The translations under genes and the position numbers were made by a program. Shown here in pieces: positions 40,050 to 55,739 of a stretch of DNA of 64,000 nucleotides. Each line of letters starts with the position of its first letter. Positions within the stretch are counted from its first letter, which is position 1. The notes beneath the pieces are model-generated. The model saw only the letters and a list, made by a program, of their open reading frames with translations. It was not told the origin of the DNA and searched no databases. The stretch spans positions 31,378,401-31,442,400 of the forward strand of contig CM120641.1 in NCBI GenBank assembly GCA_051362555.1, in the 5' to 3' direction. This stretch comes from Lingula anatina. Lineage: Eukaryota; Animalia; Brachiopoda.

Positions 40050-43000
40050 GTAATTTGTCACCATTACACAAACAAACTCAAATCATAATGTTTGATGTTT
40101 AATGTGAGTCTAATTAGATGTTGTGAAATTGAAAAAAAATATATTGTAGATAATTCTCACTCTTCGCATACTAAATGTCAATCAACTACAATTCTATCAC
40201 ACACTGTCAACTGTTAAGCTTATCACAGATTTTTTTTATTGTTAAGCATCATCTCTCTAAATTTCACAAATATTAGACAAGATTTGTGAAAATTATTAAC
40301 GTTTAACTATTTTAAGCCATGGAATTTGGCAGTCTTTTCAATTTCATTTTCAGTTTTCTCACATTTATATGCTCTGAAAAATGATTTTCATGAGACACAG
40401 TCAACTGATCAGCTTATCACAGATTTGTATTATTGTTATACATCATCTGTCCAAATTTCACAAATCTTGAACAAGACTTGTGAAAATTATTAACGTTTAA
40501 CTATTTTAAGGCACCGCATTTTGCATTCTTTTCAATGTCATTTTCCGTTTTCTCAATTTTATTGTCCAAAAAAATCTTTTTTATGAGACACAGTCAACTT
40601 ATGAGCTTATCACAGATTTTTATTGTTGTTATGCATCATCTTTCCAAATTTCACAAATATTAGACAAAATTTGTGAAAATAATTAACGTTTAACTATTTT
40701 AAGCCATGGAATTTGGCAGTCGTTTCAGTGTTATTGTCAGTTTTCTCAAATTTATTGTCCAAAAAAAATCTTTTTCACAAGACACACTCAACTGCTGAGC
40801 TTATCACAGATTTTTATTGTTGTTATACATCATCTGTCCAAATTTCACAAATATTAGACAAGATTTGTGAAAATAATTTATGTTTAACTATTTTAAGGCA
40901 CCTCATTTTGCAGTCTTCTCAGTGTCATTTTCAATTTTCTCAAATTTATTGTCCAAAAAAATCTTTTTAATGAGACACAGTCAACTGATGAGCTTATCAC
41001 AGATTTTTATTGTTGTTATGCATCATCTATCCAAATTTCACAAATATTAGACAAGATTTATGAAAATTATTAATGTTAAACTATTTTAAGCCATGGAATT
41101 TGGCAGTCTTTTCAATGTCATTTTCAGTTTTCTCACATTTATATGCCCTGAAAAATGATTTTCATGAGATGCAGTCAACTGATGAGCTTATCACAGATTT
41201 TTATTATTGTTAAGCATCATCTCTCCAAATTTCACAAATATTGAACAGGTTTTGTGAATATTATTAACGTTTAACTATTTTAAGGCACCGCATTTTGAAC
41301 TCTTCTCAGTGTCATTTTCAATTTTCTCAAATTTATTGTCCAAAAAATCTTTTTAATGAGACACAGTCAACTGATGAGCTTATCACAGATTTTTATTGTT
41401 GTTATGCATCATCTATCCAAATTTCACAAATATTAGACAAGATTTGTGAAAATTATTAACGTTAAACTATTTTAAGCCATGGAATTTGGCAGTCTTTTCA
41501 ATGTCATTTTCAGTTTTCTCACATTTATATGCTCTGAAAAATGTTTTTCATGAAACACAGTCAACTGATGAGCTTATCACAGATTTTTATTGTTGTTATG
41601 CATCATCTATCCAAATTTCACAAACATTAGACAAGATTTGTGAAAATTATTAACGTTAAACTATTTTAAGCCATGGAATTTGGCAGTCTTTTCAATGTCA
41701 TTTTCAGTTTTCTCACATTTATATGCCCTGAAAAATGTTTTTCATGAGATGCAGTCAACTGATGAGCTTATCACAGATTTTTATTATTGTTAAGCATCAT
41801 CTCTCCAAATTTCACAAATATTGAACAGGTTTTGTGAATATTATTAACGTTTAACTATTTTAAGGCACCGCATTTTGCAGTCTTCTCAGTGTCATTTTCA
41901 ATTTTCTCAAATTTATTGTCCAAAAATATCTTTTTAATGAGACACAGTCAACTTATGAGCTTATCACAGATTTGTATTGTTGTTATGCATCATCTATCCA
42001 AATTTCACAAATATTAAACAAGATTTGTGAAAATTATTAACGTTAAACTATTTTAAGCCATGGAATTTGGCAGTCTTTTCAATGTCATTTTCAGTTTTCT
42101 CACATTTATATGCTCTGAAAAATGTTTTTCATGAAACACAGTCAACTGATGAGCTTATCACAGATTTTTATTGTTGTTATGCATCATCTATCCAAATTTC
42201 ACAAATATTAGACAAGATTTGTGAAAATTATTAACGTTAAACTATTTTAAGCCATGGAATTTGGCAGTCTTTTCAATGTCATTTTCAGTTTTCTCACATT
42301 TATATGCTCTGAAAAATGTTTTTCATGAAACACAGTCAACTGATGAGCTTATCACAGATTTTTATTGTTGATATGCATCATCTATCCAAATTTCACAAAC
42401 ATTAGACAAGATTTGTGAAAATTATTAACGTTTAACTATTTTAAGCCATGGAATTTGGCAGTCTTTTCAATGTCATTTTCAGTTTTCTCACATTTATATG
42501 CCCTGAAAAATGTTTTTCATGAGATGCAGTCAACTGATGAGCTTATCACAGATTTTTATTATTGTTAAGCATCATCTCTCCAAATTTCACAAATATTGAA
42601 CAGGTTTTGTGAATATTATTAACATTTAACTATTTTAAGGCACCGCATTTTGCAGTCTTCTCAGTGTCATTTTCAATTTTCTCAAATTTATTGTCCAAAA
42701 ATATCTTTTTAATGAGACACAGTCAACTTATGAGCTTATCACAGATTTGTATTGTTGTTATGCATCATCTATCCAAATTTCACAAATATTAAACAAGATT
42801 TGTGAAAATTATTAACGTTAAACTATTTTAAGCCATGGAATTTGGCAGTCTTTTCAATGTCATTTTCAGTTTTCTCACATTTATATGCTCTGAAAAATGT
42901 TTTTCATGAAACACAGTCAACTGATGAGCTTATCACAGATTTGTATTGTTGTTATGCATCATCTATCCAAATTTCACAATTATAAGACAAGATTTGTGAA

Positions 43001-43422
43001 AATTATTAACGTTTAACTATTTTAAGCCATGGAATTTGGCAGTCTTTTCAATGTCATTTTCCGTTTTTCTCAATTTTATATGCTCTGAAAAATGTTTTTC
43101 ATGAGCTGCAGTCAACTGATGAGCTTATCACAGATTTTTATTATTGTTATGCATCATCTGTCCAAATTTCACAAATATTGGACAAGATTTGTGAAAATTA
43201 TTAACGTTTAACTATTTCAAGCCATGGAATTTGGCAGTCTTTTCAATGTCATTTTCAGTATTTCTCAAATTTATATGTTCTGAAAATGTCCTTTTTATTA
43301 GACATAGTCAACTGTTTAGCTTAAGTTTATCAAAATTATTGTTCAACTTTTTTAATGTGGGAAATTTGTCAATTTTTAGAATTCAATTTTCACTTTTATC
43401 AAACATATTGTTCTTTTTCTAG

Positions 43423-43708
43423 GTGACCTTCTCCATACAGCGTGATGGATTTTTTGGTGAACTGATTCTTCCTGTCTGGTCAGGGCTAATTCCTATAGAA
43501 AAAACAGACAGCAAAAGACAACAGCAAGAGCGATGCTATGTCTCATCCATGTGTACAATAGATGGTATATGGCAAGCTTTAGGACATTGTCAAATGGTGT
43601 GCTAAACCCTATTCCAGAAACCGATTGTAAGGAGGAATCTGCATCTGGTATTGGTAGTAAGGAGATGTCTTAAATGGGTATATATTCTTTTCCAGAGGAC
43701 AATTATGG
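43423..43708 (+). repeat. Cassette core, copy 18
   Basis: Duplicate of copy 13. Confidence 0.9.
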
Positions 43709-44758
43709 GTAATTTGTCACCATTACACAAACAAACTCAAATCATAATATTTGATGTTTAATGTGAGTCTAATTAGATGTTGTGAAATTGAAAAAAAAAA
43801 TATTGTAGATAATTCTCACTCTTCGCATACAAAATGTCAATCAACTACAATTCTATCACACACTGTCAACTGTTAAGCTTATCACAGATTTTTGTTATTG
43901 TTAAGCATCATCTCTCCAAATTTCACAAATATTGAACAAGTTTTGTGAAAATTATTAACGTTTAACTATTTTAAGCCATGGAATTTTGCTGTCTTTGCAA
44001 TGTCATTTTCAGTTTTTTCACATTTATATGCTCTCAAAAATGTTTTTCATGAAACACAGTCAACTGATGAGCTTATCACAGATTTTTATTATTGTTATGC
44101 ATCATCTATCCAAATTTCACAAATCTTGAACAAGATTTGTGAAAATTATTAACGTTTAACTATTTTAAGGCACCGCATTTTGCAGTCTTTTCAATGTCAT
44201 TTTCTGTTTTTTCAATTTAATTGTCCAAAAAAATCTTTTTTATGAGACACAGTCAACTGATGAGCTTATCACAGATTTTTATTGTTGTTATGCATCATCT
44301 ATCCAAATTTCACAAATATAAGACAAGATTTGTGAAAATTATTAACATTTAACTATTTTAAGCCATGGAATTTGGCAGTCTTTTCAATGTCATTTTCTGT
44401 TTTTCTCAATTTTATATGCTCTGAAAAATGTTTTTCATGAGCTGCAGTCAACTGATGAGCTTATCACAGATTTTTATTATTGTTATGCATCATCTGTCCA
44501 AATTTCACAAATATTGGACAAGATTTGTGAAAATTATTAACGTTTAACTATTTCAAGCCATGGAATTTGGCAGTCTTTTCAATGTCATTTTCAGTATTTC
44601 TCAAATTTATATGTTCTGAAAATGTCCTTTTTATTAGACATAGTCAACTGTTTAGCTTAAGTTTATCAAAATTATTGTTCAACTTTTTTAATGTGGGAAA
44701 TTTGTCAATTTTTAGAATTCAATTTTCACTTTTATCAAACATATTGTTCTTTTTCTAG

Positions 44759-45045
44759 GTGACCTTCTCCATACAGCGTGATGGATTTTTTGGTGAATTG
44801 ATTCTTCCTGTCTGGTCAGGGCTAATTCCTATACAAAAAAAAAGACAGCAAAAGACAACAGCAAGAGCGATGCTATGTCTCATCCATGTGTACAATAGAT
44901 GGTATATGGCAAGCTTTAGGACATTGTCAAATGGTGTGCTAAACCCTATTCCAGAAACCGATTGTAAGGAGGAATCTGCATCTGGTATTGGTAATAAGGA
45001 GATGTCTTAAATGGGTATATATTCTTTTCCAGAGGACAATTATGG
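44759..45045 (+). repeat. Cassette core, copy 19 (+1 nt)
   Basis: Duplicate of copy 14. Confidence 0.9.
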
Positions 45046-46097
45046 GTAATTTGTCACCTCTTACACAAACAAACTCAAATCATAATATTTGATGTTTAAT
45101 GTGAGTCTAATTAGATGTTGTGAAATTGAAAAAAAAATATTGTAGATAATTCTCACTCTTCGCATACAAAATGTCAGACAACTACAATTCTATCACACAC
45201 TGTCAACTGTAAAGCTTATCACAGATTTTTGTTATTGCTAAGCATCATCTCTCCAAATTTCACAAATATTGAACAAGTTTTGTGAAAATTATTAATATTT
45301 AACTATTTTAAGGCACCGCATTTTGCAGTCTTTTCAGTTTCATTTTCAATTTTCTCAATTTTATTGTCCAAAAAAAAAAATCTTTTTAATGAGACACAGT
45401 CAACTGATGAGCTTATCACAGATTTTTATAGTTGTTATGCATCATCTATCCAAATTTCACAAAAATTAGACAAGATTTGTGAAAATTATTAACGTTTAAC
45501 TATTTCAAGCCATGGAATTTGGCAGTCTTTTCAATGTCATTTTCAGTTTTCTCACATTTATATGCCCTGAAAAATGTTTTTCATGAGATGCAGTCAACTG
45601 ATGAGCTTATCACAGATTTTTATTATTGTTAAGCATCATCTGTCCAAATTTCACAAATATTGAACAAGTTTTGTGAAAATTGATAACGTTTAACTATTTT
45701 AAGGCACCGCATTTTGCAGTCTTCTCAGTGTCATTTTCAATTTTCTCAAATTTATTGTCCAAAAAAATCTTTTAAATGAGACACAGTCAACTGATGAGCT
45801 TATCACAGATTTGTATTATTGTTATGCATCATCTATCTAAATTTCACAAATATTAGACAAGATTTGTGAAAATTATTAACGTTTAACTATTTCAAGCCAT
45901 GGAATTTGGCAGTTTTTTCAATGTCATTTTCAGAATTTCTCAAATTTATATGTTCTGAAAATGTCCTTTTTATTAGACATAGTCAACTGTTTAGGTTAAG
46001 TTTATCAAAATAATTGTTCTACTATTTTAGTGTGGGAAATTTGTCAATATTTAGAATTTAATTTTCACTTTTATCAAACATATTGTTCTTTTTTCAG

Positions 46098-46383
46098 GTG
46101 ACCTTTTCCATACAGCATGATGGCTTTTTTGGTGAACTGATTCTTCCTGTCTGGTCAGGGCTAATTCCTATAGAAAAAACAGACAGCAAAAGACAACAGC
46201 AAGAGCAATGCTATGTCTCATCCATGTGTACAATAGATGGTATATGGCAAGCTTTAGGACATTGTCAAATGGTGTGCTAAACCCTATTCCAGAAACCAAT
46301 TGTAAGGAGGAATCTGCATCTGGTATTGGTAGTAAGGAGATGTCTTAAATGGGTATATATTCTTTTCCAGAGGACAATTATGG
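46098..46383 (+). repeat. Cassette core, copy 20
   Basis: Duplicate of copy 15. Confidence 0.9.
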
Positions 46384-47627
46384 GTAATTTGTCACCATTA
46401 CACAAACAAACTCAAATCATAATATTTGATGTTTAATGTGAGTCTAATTAGATGTTGTGAAATTGAAAAAAAAAATATTGTAGATAATTCTCACTCTTCG
46501 CATACAAAATGTCAATCAACTACAATTCTATCACACACTGTCAACTGTTAAGCTTATCACAGATTTTTTTTATTGTTAAGCATCATCTCTCCAAATTTCA
46601 CAAATATTAGACAAGATTTGTGAAAATTATTAACGTTTAACTATTTTAAGCCATGGAATTTGGCAGTCTTTTCAATGTCATTTTCAGTTTTCTCACATTT
46701 ATATGCTCTGAAAAATGATTTTCATGAGACACAGTCAACTGATGAGCTTATCACAGATTTGTATTATTGTTATACATCATCTGTCCAAATTTCACAAATC
46801 TTGAACAAGACTTGTGAAAATTATTAATGTTTAACTATTTTAAGGCACCGCATTTTGCATTCTTTTCAATGTCATTTTCCGTTTTCTCAATTTTATTGTC
46901 CAAAAAAATCTTTTTTATGAGACACAGTCAACTTATGAGCTTATCACAGATTTTTATTGTTGTTATGCATCATCTTTCCAAATTTCACAAATATTAGACA
47001 AAATTTGTGAAAATAATTAACGTTTAACTATTTTAAGCCATGGAATTTGGCAGTCGTTTCAGTGTTATTGTCAGTTTTCTCAAATTTATTGTCCAAAAAA
47101 AATCTTTTTCACGAGACACAGTAAACTGATGAGCTTATCACAGATTTTTATTGTTGTTATGCATCATCTATCCAAATTTCACAATTATAAGACAAGATTT
47201 GTGAAAATTATTAACGTTTAACTATTTTAAGCCATGGAATTTGGCAGTCTTTTCAATGTCATTTTCCGTTTTTCTCAATTTTATATGCTCTGAAAAATGT
47301 TTTTCATGAGCTGCAGTCAACTGATGAGCTTATCACAGATTTTTATTATTGTTATGCATCATCTGTCCAAATTTCACAAATATTGGACAAGATTTGTGAA
47401 AATTATTAACGTTTAACTATTTCAAGCCATGGAATTTGGCAGTCTTTTCAATGTCATTTTCAGTATTTCTCAAATTTATATGTTCTGAAAATGTCCTTTT
47501 TATTAGACATAGTCAACTGTTTAGCTTAAGTTTATCAAAATTATTGTTCAACTTTTTTAATGTGGGAAATTTGTCAATTTTTAGAATTCAATTTTCACTT
47601 TTATCAAACATATTGTTCTTTTTCTAG

Positions 47628-47913
47628 GTGACCTTCACCATACAGCGTGATGGATTTTTTGGTGAACTGATTCTTCCTGTCTGGTCAGGGCTAATACCTA
47701 TAGAAAAAACAGACAGCAAAAGACAACAGCAAGAGCGATGCTATGTCTCATCCATGTGTACAATAGATGGTATATGGCAAGCTTTAGGACATTGTCAAAT
47801 GGTGTGCTAAACCCTATTCCAGAAACCGATTGTAAGGAGGAATCTGCATCTGGTATTGGTAGTAAGGAGATGTCTTAAATGGGTATATATTCTTTTCCAG
47901 AGGACAATTATGG
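47628..47913 (+). repeat. Cassette core, copy 21
   Basis: Duplicate of copy 16. Confidence 0.9.
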
Positions 47914-48959
47914 GTAATTTGTCACCATTACACAAACAAACTCAAATCATAATATTTGATGTTTAATGTGAGTCTAATTAGATGTTGTGAAATTGAAAAA
48001 AAAAATATTGTAGATAATTCTCACTCTTCGCATACAAAATGTCAATCAACTACAATTCTATCACACACTGTCAACTGTTAAGCTTATCACAGATTTTTGT
48101 TATTGTTAAGCATCATCTCTCCAAATTTCACAAATATTGAACAAGTTTTGTGAAAATTATTAACGTTAAACTTTTAAGCCATGGAATTTTGCTGTCTTTG
48201 CAATGTCATTTTCAGTTTTTTCACATTTATATGCTCTCAAAAATGTTTTTATGAGACACAGTCAACTGATGAGCTTATCACAGATTTTTATTATTGTTAT
48301 GCATCATCTGTCCAAATTTCACAAATCTTGAACAAGATTTGTGAAAATTATTAATGTTTAACTATTTTAAGCCATGGAATTTGGCAGTCTTTTCAATGTC
48401 ATTTTCAGTTTTCTCACATTTATATGCCCTGAAAAATGTTTTTCATGAGATGCAGTCAACTGATGAGCTTATCACAGATTTTTATTATTGTTAAGCATCA
48501 TCTGTCTAAATTTCACAAATATTGAACAAGTTTTGTGAAAATTGTTAACGTTTAACTATTTTAAGGCACCGCATTTTGCAGTCTTCTCAGTGTCATTTTC
48601 AATTTTCTCAAATTTATTGTCCAAAAAAATCTTTTAAATGAGACACAGTCAACTGATGAGCTTATCACAGATTTGTATTATTGTTATGCATCATCTATCT
48701 AAATTTCACAAATATTAGACAAGATTTGTGAAAATTATTAACGTTTAACTATTTCAAGCCATGGAATTTGGCAGTTTTTTCAATGTCATTTTCAGAATTT
48801 CTCAAATTTATATGTTCTGAAAATGTCCTTTTTATTAGACATAGTCAACTGTTTAGGTTAAGTTTATCAAAATAATTGTTCTACTATTTTAGTGTGGGAA
48901 ATTTGTCAATATTTAGAATTTAATTTTCACTTTTATCAAACATATTGTTCTTTTTTCAG

Positions 48960-49245
48960 GTGACCTTTTCCATACAGCATGATGGCTTTTTTGGTGAACT
49001 GATTCTTCCTGTCTGGTCAGGGCTAATTCCTATAGAAAAAACAGACAACAAAAGACAACAGCAAGAGCAATGCTATGTCTCATCCATGTGTACAATAGAT
49101 GGTATATGGCAAGCTTTAGGACATTGTCAAATGGTGTGCTAAACCCTATTCCAGAAACCAATTGTAAGGAGGAATCTGCATCTGGTATTGGTAGTAAGGA
49201 GATGTCTTAAATGGGTATATATTCTTTTCCAGAGGACAATTATGG
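48960..49245 (+). repeat. Cassette core, copy 22
   Basis: Duplicate of copy 17. Confidence 0.9.
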
Positions 49246-50682
49246 GTAATTTGTCACCATTACACAAACAAACTCAAATCATAATGTTTGATGTTTAATG
49301 TGAGTCTAATTAGATGTTGTGAAATTGAAAAAAAATATATTGTAGATAATTCTCACTCTTCGCATACTAAATGTCAATCAACTACAATTCTATCACACAC
49401 TGTCAACTGTTAAGCTTATCACAGATTTTTTTTATTGTTAAGCATCATCTCTCTAAATTTCACAAATATTAGACAAGATTTGTGAAAATTATTAACGTTT
49501 AACTATTTTAAGCCATGGAATTTGGCAGTCTTTTCAATGTCATTTTCAGTTTTCTCACATTTATATGCTCTGAAAAATGATTTTCATGAGACACAGTCAA
49601 CTGATGAGCTTATCACAGATTTGTATTATTGTTATACATCATCTGTCCAAATTTCACAAATCTTGAACAAGACTTGTGAAAATTATTAACGTTTAACTAT
49701 TTTAAGGCACCGCATTTTGCATTCTTTTCAATGTCATTTTCCGTTTTCTCAATTTTATTGTCCAAAAAAATCTTTTTTATGAGACACAGTCAACTTATGA
49801 GCTTATCACAGATTTTTATAGTTGTTATGCATCATCTATCCAAATTTCACAAATATTAGACAAGATTTGTGAAAATTATTAATGTTAAACAATTTTAAGC
49901 AATGGAATTTGGCAGTCTTTTCAATGTCATTTTCAGTTTTCTCACATTTATATGCTCTGAAAAATGTTTTTCATGAGACACAGTCAACTGATGAGCTTAT
50001 CACAGATTTTTATTATTGTTATGCATCATCTGTCCAAATTTCACAAATATTAGACAAAATTTGTGAAAATTATTAACGTTTAACTATTTTAAGCCATGGA
50101 ATTTGGCAGTCGTTTCAGTGTTATTGTCAGTTTTCTCAAATTTATTGTCCAAAAAAAATCTTTTTCACGAGACACAGTCAACTGATGAGCTTATCACAGA
50201 TTTTTATTGTTGTTATGCATCATCTATCCAAATTTCACAATTATAAGACAAGATTTGTGAAAATTATTAACGTTTAACTATTTTAAGCCATGGAATTTGG
50301 CAGTCTTTTCTATGTCATTTTCAGTTTTCTCACATTTATATGCTCTGAAAAATGTTTTTCATGAGACACAGTCAACTGATGAGCTTATCACAGATTTTTA
50401 TTATTGTTATGCATCATCTGTCCAAATTTCACAAATTTTGGACAAGATTTGTGAAAATTATTAACGTTTAACTATTTTAAGGCACCGCATTTTGCAGTCT
50501 TGTCAATGTCATTTTCAGTATTTCTCAAATTTATATGTTCTGAAAATATCCTTTTTATTTGACATAGTCAACTGTTTAGGTTAAGTTTATCAAAATTATT
50601 TTTTATCTATTTTAGTGTCGGAAATTTGTCAATTTTTAGAATTTAATTTTCACTTTTATTAAACATATTGTTCTTTTTCCAG

Positions 50683-50968
50683 GTGACCTTTTCCATACAG
50701 CGTGATGGCTTTTTTCGTGAACTGATTCTTCCTGTCTGGTCAGGGCTAATTCCTATAGAAAAAACAGACAGCAAAAGACAACAGCAAGAGCAATACTATG
50801 TCTCATCTATGTGTACAATAGATGGTATATGGCAAGCTTTAGGACATTGTCAAATGGTGTGCTAAACCCTATTCCAGAAACTGATTGTAAGGAGGAATCT
50901 GCATCTGGTATTGGTAGTAAGGAGATGTCTTAAATGGGTATATATTCTTTTCCAGAGGACAATTATGG
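50683..50968 (+). repeat. Cassette core, copy 23
   Basis: CCAG|GT type with the ATACTATGTCTCATCTATG variant. Confidence 0.9.
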
Positions 50969-52018
50969 GTAATTTGTCACCTCTTACACAAACAAACTCA
51001 AATCATAATATTTGATGTTTAATGTGAGTCTAATTAGATGTTGTGAAATTGAAAAAAAAAAATATTGTAGATAATTCTCACTCTTCGCATACAAAATGTC
51101 AATCAACTACAATTCTATCACACACTGTCAACTGTTAAGCTTATCACAGATTTTTGTTATTGTTAAGCATCATCTCTCCAAATTTCACAAATATTGAACA
51201 AGTTTTGTGAAAATTATTAACGGTAAACTTTTAAGCCATGGAATTTTGCTGTCTTTGCAATGTCATTTTCAGTTTTTTCACATTTATATGCTCTCAAAAA
51301 TGTTTTTCATGAAACACAGTCAACTGATGAGCTTATCACAGATTTTTATTATTGTTATGCATCATCTGTCCAAATTTCACAAATCTTGAACAAGATTTGT
51401 GAAAATTATTAACGTTTAACTATTTTAAGCCATGGAATTTGGCAGTCTTTTCAATGTCATTTTCAGTTTTCTCACATTTATATGCCCTGAAAAATGTTTT
51501 TCATGAGATGCAGTCAACTGATGAGCTTATCACAGATTTTTATTATTGTTAAGCATCATCTGTCTAAATTTCACAAATATTGAACAAGTTTTGTGAAAAT
51601 TGTTAACGTTTAACTATTTTAAGGCACCGCATTTTGCAGTCTTCTCAGTGTCATTTTCAATTTTCTCAAATTTATTGTCCAAAAAAATCTTTTAAATGAG
51701 ACACAGTCAACTGATGAGCTTATCACAGATTTGTATTATTGTTATGCATCATCTATCTAAATTTCACAAATATTAGACAAGATTTGTGAAAATTATTAAC
51801 GTTTAACTATTTCAAGCCATGGAATTTGGCAGTTTTTTCAATGTCATTTTCAGAATTTCTCAAATTTATATGTTCTGAAAATGTCCTTTTTATTAGACAT
51901 AGTCAACTGTTTAGGTTAAGTTTATCAAAATAATTGTTCTACTATTTTAGTGTGGGAAATTTGTCAATATTTAGAATTTAATTTTCACTTTTATCAAACA
52001 TATTGTTCTTTTTTTCAG

Positions 52019-52304
52019 GTGACCTTTTCCATACAGCATGATGGCTTTTTTGGTGAACTGATTCTTCCTGTCTGGTCAGGGCTAATTCCTATAGAAAAAA
52101 CAGACAACAAAAGACAACAGCAAGAGCAATGCTATGTCTCATCCATGTGTACAATAGATGGTATATGGCAAGCTTTAGGACATTGTCAAATGGTGTGCTA
52201 AACCCTATTCCAGAAACTGATTGTAAGGAGGAATCTGCATCTGGTATTGGTAGTAAGGAGATGTCTTAAATGGGTATATATTCTTTTCCAGAGGACAATT
52301 ATGG
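52019..52304 (+). repeat. Cassette core, copy 24
   Basis: TCAG|GT type. Confidence 0.9.
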
Positions 52305-53547
52305 GTAATTTGTCACCATTACACAAACAAACTCAAATCATAATATTTGATGTTTAATGTGAGTCTAATTAGATGTTGTGAAATTGAAAAAAAATATATT
52401 GTAGATAATTCTCACTCTTCGCATACTAAATGTCAATCAACTACAATTCTATCACACACTGTCAACTGTTAAGCTTATCACAGATTTTTTTTATTGTTAA
52501 GCATCATCTCTCTAAATTTCACAAATATTAGACAAGATTTGTGAAAATTATTAACGTTTAACTATTTTACGCCATGGAATTTGGCAGTCTTTTCAATGTC
52601 ATTTTCAGTTTTCTCACATTTATATGCTCTGAAAAATGATTTTCATGAGACACAGTCAACTGATGAGCTTATCACAGATTTGTATTATTGTTATACATCA
52701 TCTGTCCAAATTTCACAAATCTTGAACAAGACTTGTGAAAATTATTAACGTTTAACTATTTTAAGGCACCGCATTTTGCATTCTTTTCAATGTCATTTTC
52801 CGTTTTCTCAATTTTATTGTCCAAAAAAATCTTTTTTATGAGACACAGTCAACTTATGAGCTTATCACAGATTTTTATAGTTGTTATGCATCATCTTTCC
52901 AAATTTCACAAATATTAGACAAAATTTGTGAAAATTATTAACGTTTAACTATTTTAAGCCATGGAATTTGGCAGTCGTTTCAGTGTTATTGTCAGTTTTC
53001 TCAAATTTATTGTCCAAAAAAAATCTTTTTCACGAGACACAGTCAACTGATGAGCTTATCACAGATTTTTATTGTTGTTATGCATCATCTATCCAAATTT
53101 CACAATTATAAGACAAGATTTGTGAAAATTATTAACGTTTAACTATTTTAAGCCATGGAATTTGGCAGTCTTTTCTATGTCATTTTCAGTTTTCTCACAT
53201 TTATATGCTCTGAAAAATGTTTTTCATGAGACACAGTCAACTGATGAGCTTATCACAGATTTTTATTATTGTTATGCATCATCTGTCCAAATTTCACAAA
53301 TTTTGGACAAGATTTGTGAAAATTATTAACGTTTAACTATTTTAAGGCACTGCATTTTGCAGTCTTGTCAATGTCATTTTCAGTATTTCTCAAATTTATA
53401 TGTTCTGAAAATATCCTTTTTATTAGACATAGTCAACTGTTTAGGTTAAGTTTATCAAAATTATTTTTCATCTATTTTAGTGTCGGAAATTTGTCAATTT
53501 TTAGAATTTAATTTTCACTTTTATTAAACATATTGTTCTTTTTCCAG

Positions 53548-53833
53548 GTGACCTTTTCCATACAGCGTGATGGCTTTTTTCGTGAACTGATTCTTCCTGT
53601 CTGGTCAGGGCTAATTCCTATAGAAAAAACAGACAGCAAAAGACAACAGCAAGAGCAATACTATGTCTCATCTATGTGTACAATAGATGGTATATGGCAA
53701 GCTTTAGGACATTGTCAAATGGTGTGCTAAACCCTATTCCAGAAACTGATTGTAAGGAGGAATCTGCATCTGGTATTGGTAGTAAGGAGATGTCTTAAAT
53801 GGGTATATATTCTTTTCCAGAGGACAATTATGG
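53548..53833 (+). repeat. Cassette core, copy 25
   Basis: CCAG|GT type, like copy 23. Confidence 0.9.
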
Positions 53834-55453
53834 GTAATTTGTCACCTCTTACACAAACAAACTCAAATCATAATATTTGATGTTTAATGTGAGTCTAATT
53901 AGATGTTGTGAAATTGAAAAAAAAAATATTGTAGATAATTCTCACTCTTCGCATACAAAATGTCAATCAACTACAATTATATCACACACTGTCAACTGTT
54001 AAGCTTATCACAGATTTTTGTTATTGTTAAGCATCATCTCTCCAAATTTCACAAATGTTGAACAAGTTTTGTGAAAATTATTAACATTTAACTATTTTAA
54101 GGCACCGCATTTTGCAGTCTTCTCAGTGTCATTTTCAGTTTTTACACATTTATATGCTCTGAAAATTCTTTTTCATGAGACACAGTCAACTGATGAGCTT
54201 ATCACAGATTTTTATTGTTGTTATGTATCATCTCTCCAAATTGCACAAACATTAGACAAGATTTGTGAAAATTATTAACGTTTAACTATTTTAAGCCATG
54301 GAATTTTGCAGTCTTTGCAATGTCATTTTAAGTTTTTTCACATTTATATGCTCTGAAAATTCTTTTTCATGAGACACATTCAACTGATGAGCTTATTACA
54401 GATTTTTATTGTTCTTATGCATCATCTTTCCAAATTTCACAAATATAGACAAAATTTGTGAAAATAATTAACGTTTAACTATTTTAAGCCATGGAATTTG
54501 GCAATCGTTTCAGTGTTATTGTCAGTTTTCTCAAATTTATTGTCCAAAAAAAATCTTTTTCACGAGACACACTCAACTGCTGAGCTTATCACAGATTTTT
54601 ATTGTTGTTATGCATCATCTATCCAAATTTCACAAATATTAGACAAGATTTGTGAAAATTATTAACGTTTAACTATTTTAAGGCACCGCATTTTGCAGTC
54701 TTTTCAATGTCATTTTCAGTTTTCTCAATTTTATTGTCCAAAAAAATCTTTTTTATGAGACACAGGCAACTGATGAGCTTATCACAGATTTTTATTGTTG
54801 TTATGCATCATCTGTCCAAATTTCACAAATATTAGACAAGATTTGTGAATATTATTAACGTTTAACTATTTTAAGGCACCGCATTTTGCAGTCTTTTCAA
54901 TGTCATTTTCAGTTTTCTCAAATTTATTGTCCAAAAAAATCTTTTTCATGAGACACAGTCAACTGATGAGCTTATCACAGATTTTTATTATTGTTATGCA
55001 TCATCTGTCCAAATTTCACAAATTTTGGACAAGATTTGTGAAAAATATAAACATTTAAATATTTTATACCATGGAATTTGGCAGTCTTTTCAGTGTCATT
55101 TTCAGTTTTCTCGCATTTATATGCTCTGAAAAATGTCAACTGTCAACTGATAAGCTTATCACAGATTTTTATTATTGTTATGCATCATCTGTCCAAATGT
55201 CACAAATATTGGACAAGATTTTTGAAAATTATTAACATTTAACTATTTTAAGGCACCGCATTTGGCAGTCTTTTCAATGTCATTTTCAGTTTTTCTCAAA
55301 TTTATATGTTCTGAAAATATCCTTTTTATTAGACACAGTCAACTGTTTAGGTTAAGTTTATCAAAATTACTGTTCAACTATTTTAGTGTCGGAAATTTGT
55401 CAATTTTTAGAATTTAATTTTCACTTTTATTAAACATATTGTTCTTTTTCCAG

Positions 55454-55739
55454 GTGACCTTTTCCATACAGCGTGATGGCTTTTTTGGTGAACTGATTCT
55501 TCCTGTCTGGTCAGGGCTAATTCCTATAGAAAAAACAGACAGCAAAAGACAACAGCAAGAGCAATACTATGTCTCATCTATGTGTACAATAGATGGTATA
55601 TGGCAAGCTTTAGGACATTGTCAAATGGTGTGCTAAACCCTATTCCAGAAACTGATTGTAAGGAGGAATCTGCATCTGGTATTGGTAGTAAGGAGATGTC
55701 TTAAATGGGTATATATTCTTTTCCAGAGGACAATTATGG
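55454..55739 (+). repeat. Cassette core, copy 26
   Basis: CCAG|GT type. Confidence 0.9.

Larger units (their letters stand above)
31106..49538. repeat. Near-perfect tandem duplication, 9196-bp five-cassette unit
   Basis: ORF pairs 31517/40713, 34227/43423, 35563/44759, 36887/46083, 38432/47628 and 39749/48945 are all offset by exactly 9196. Confidence 0.95.
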
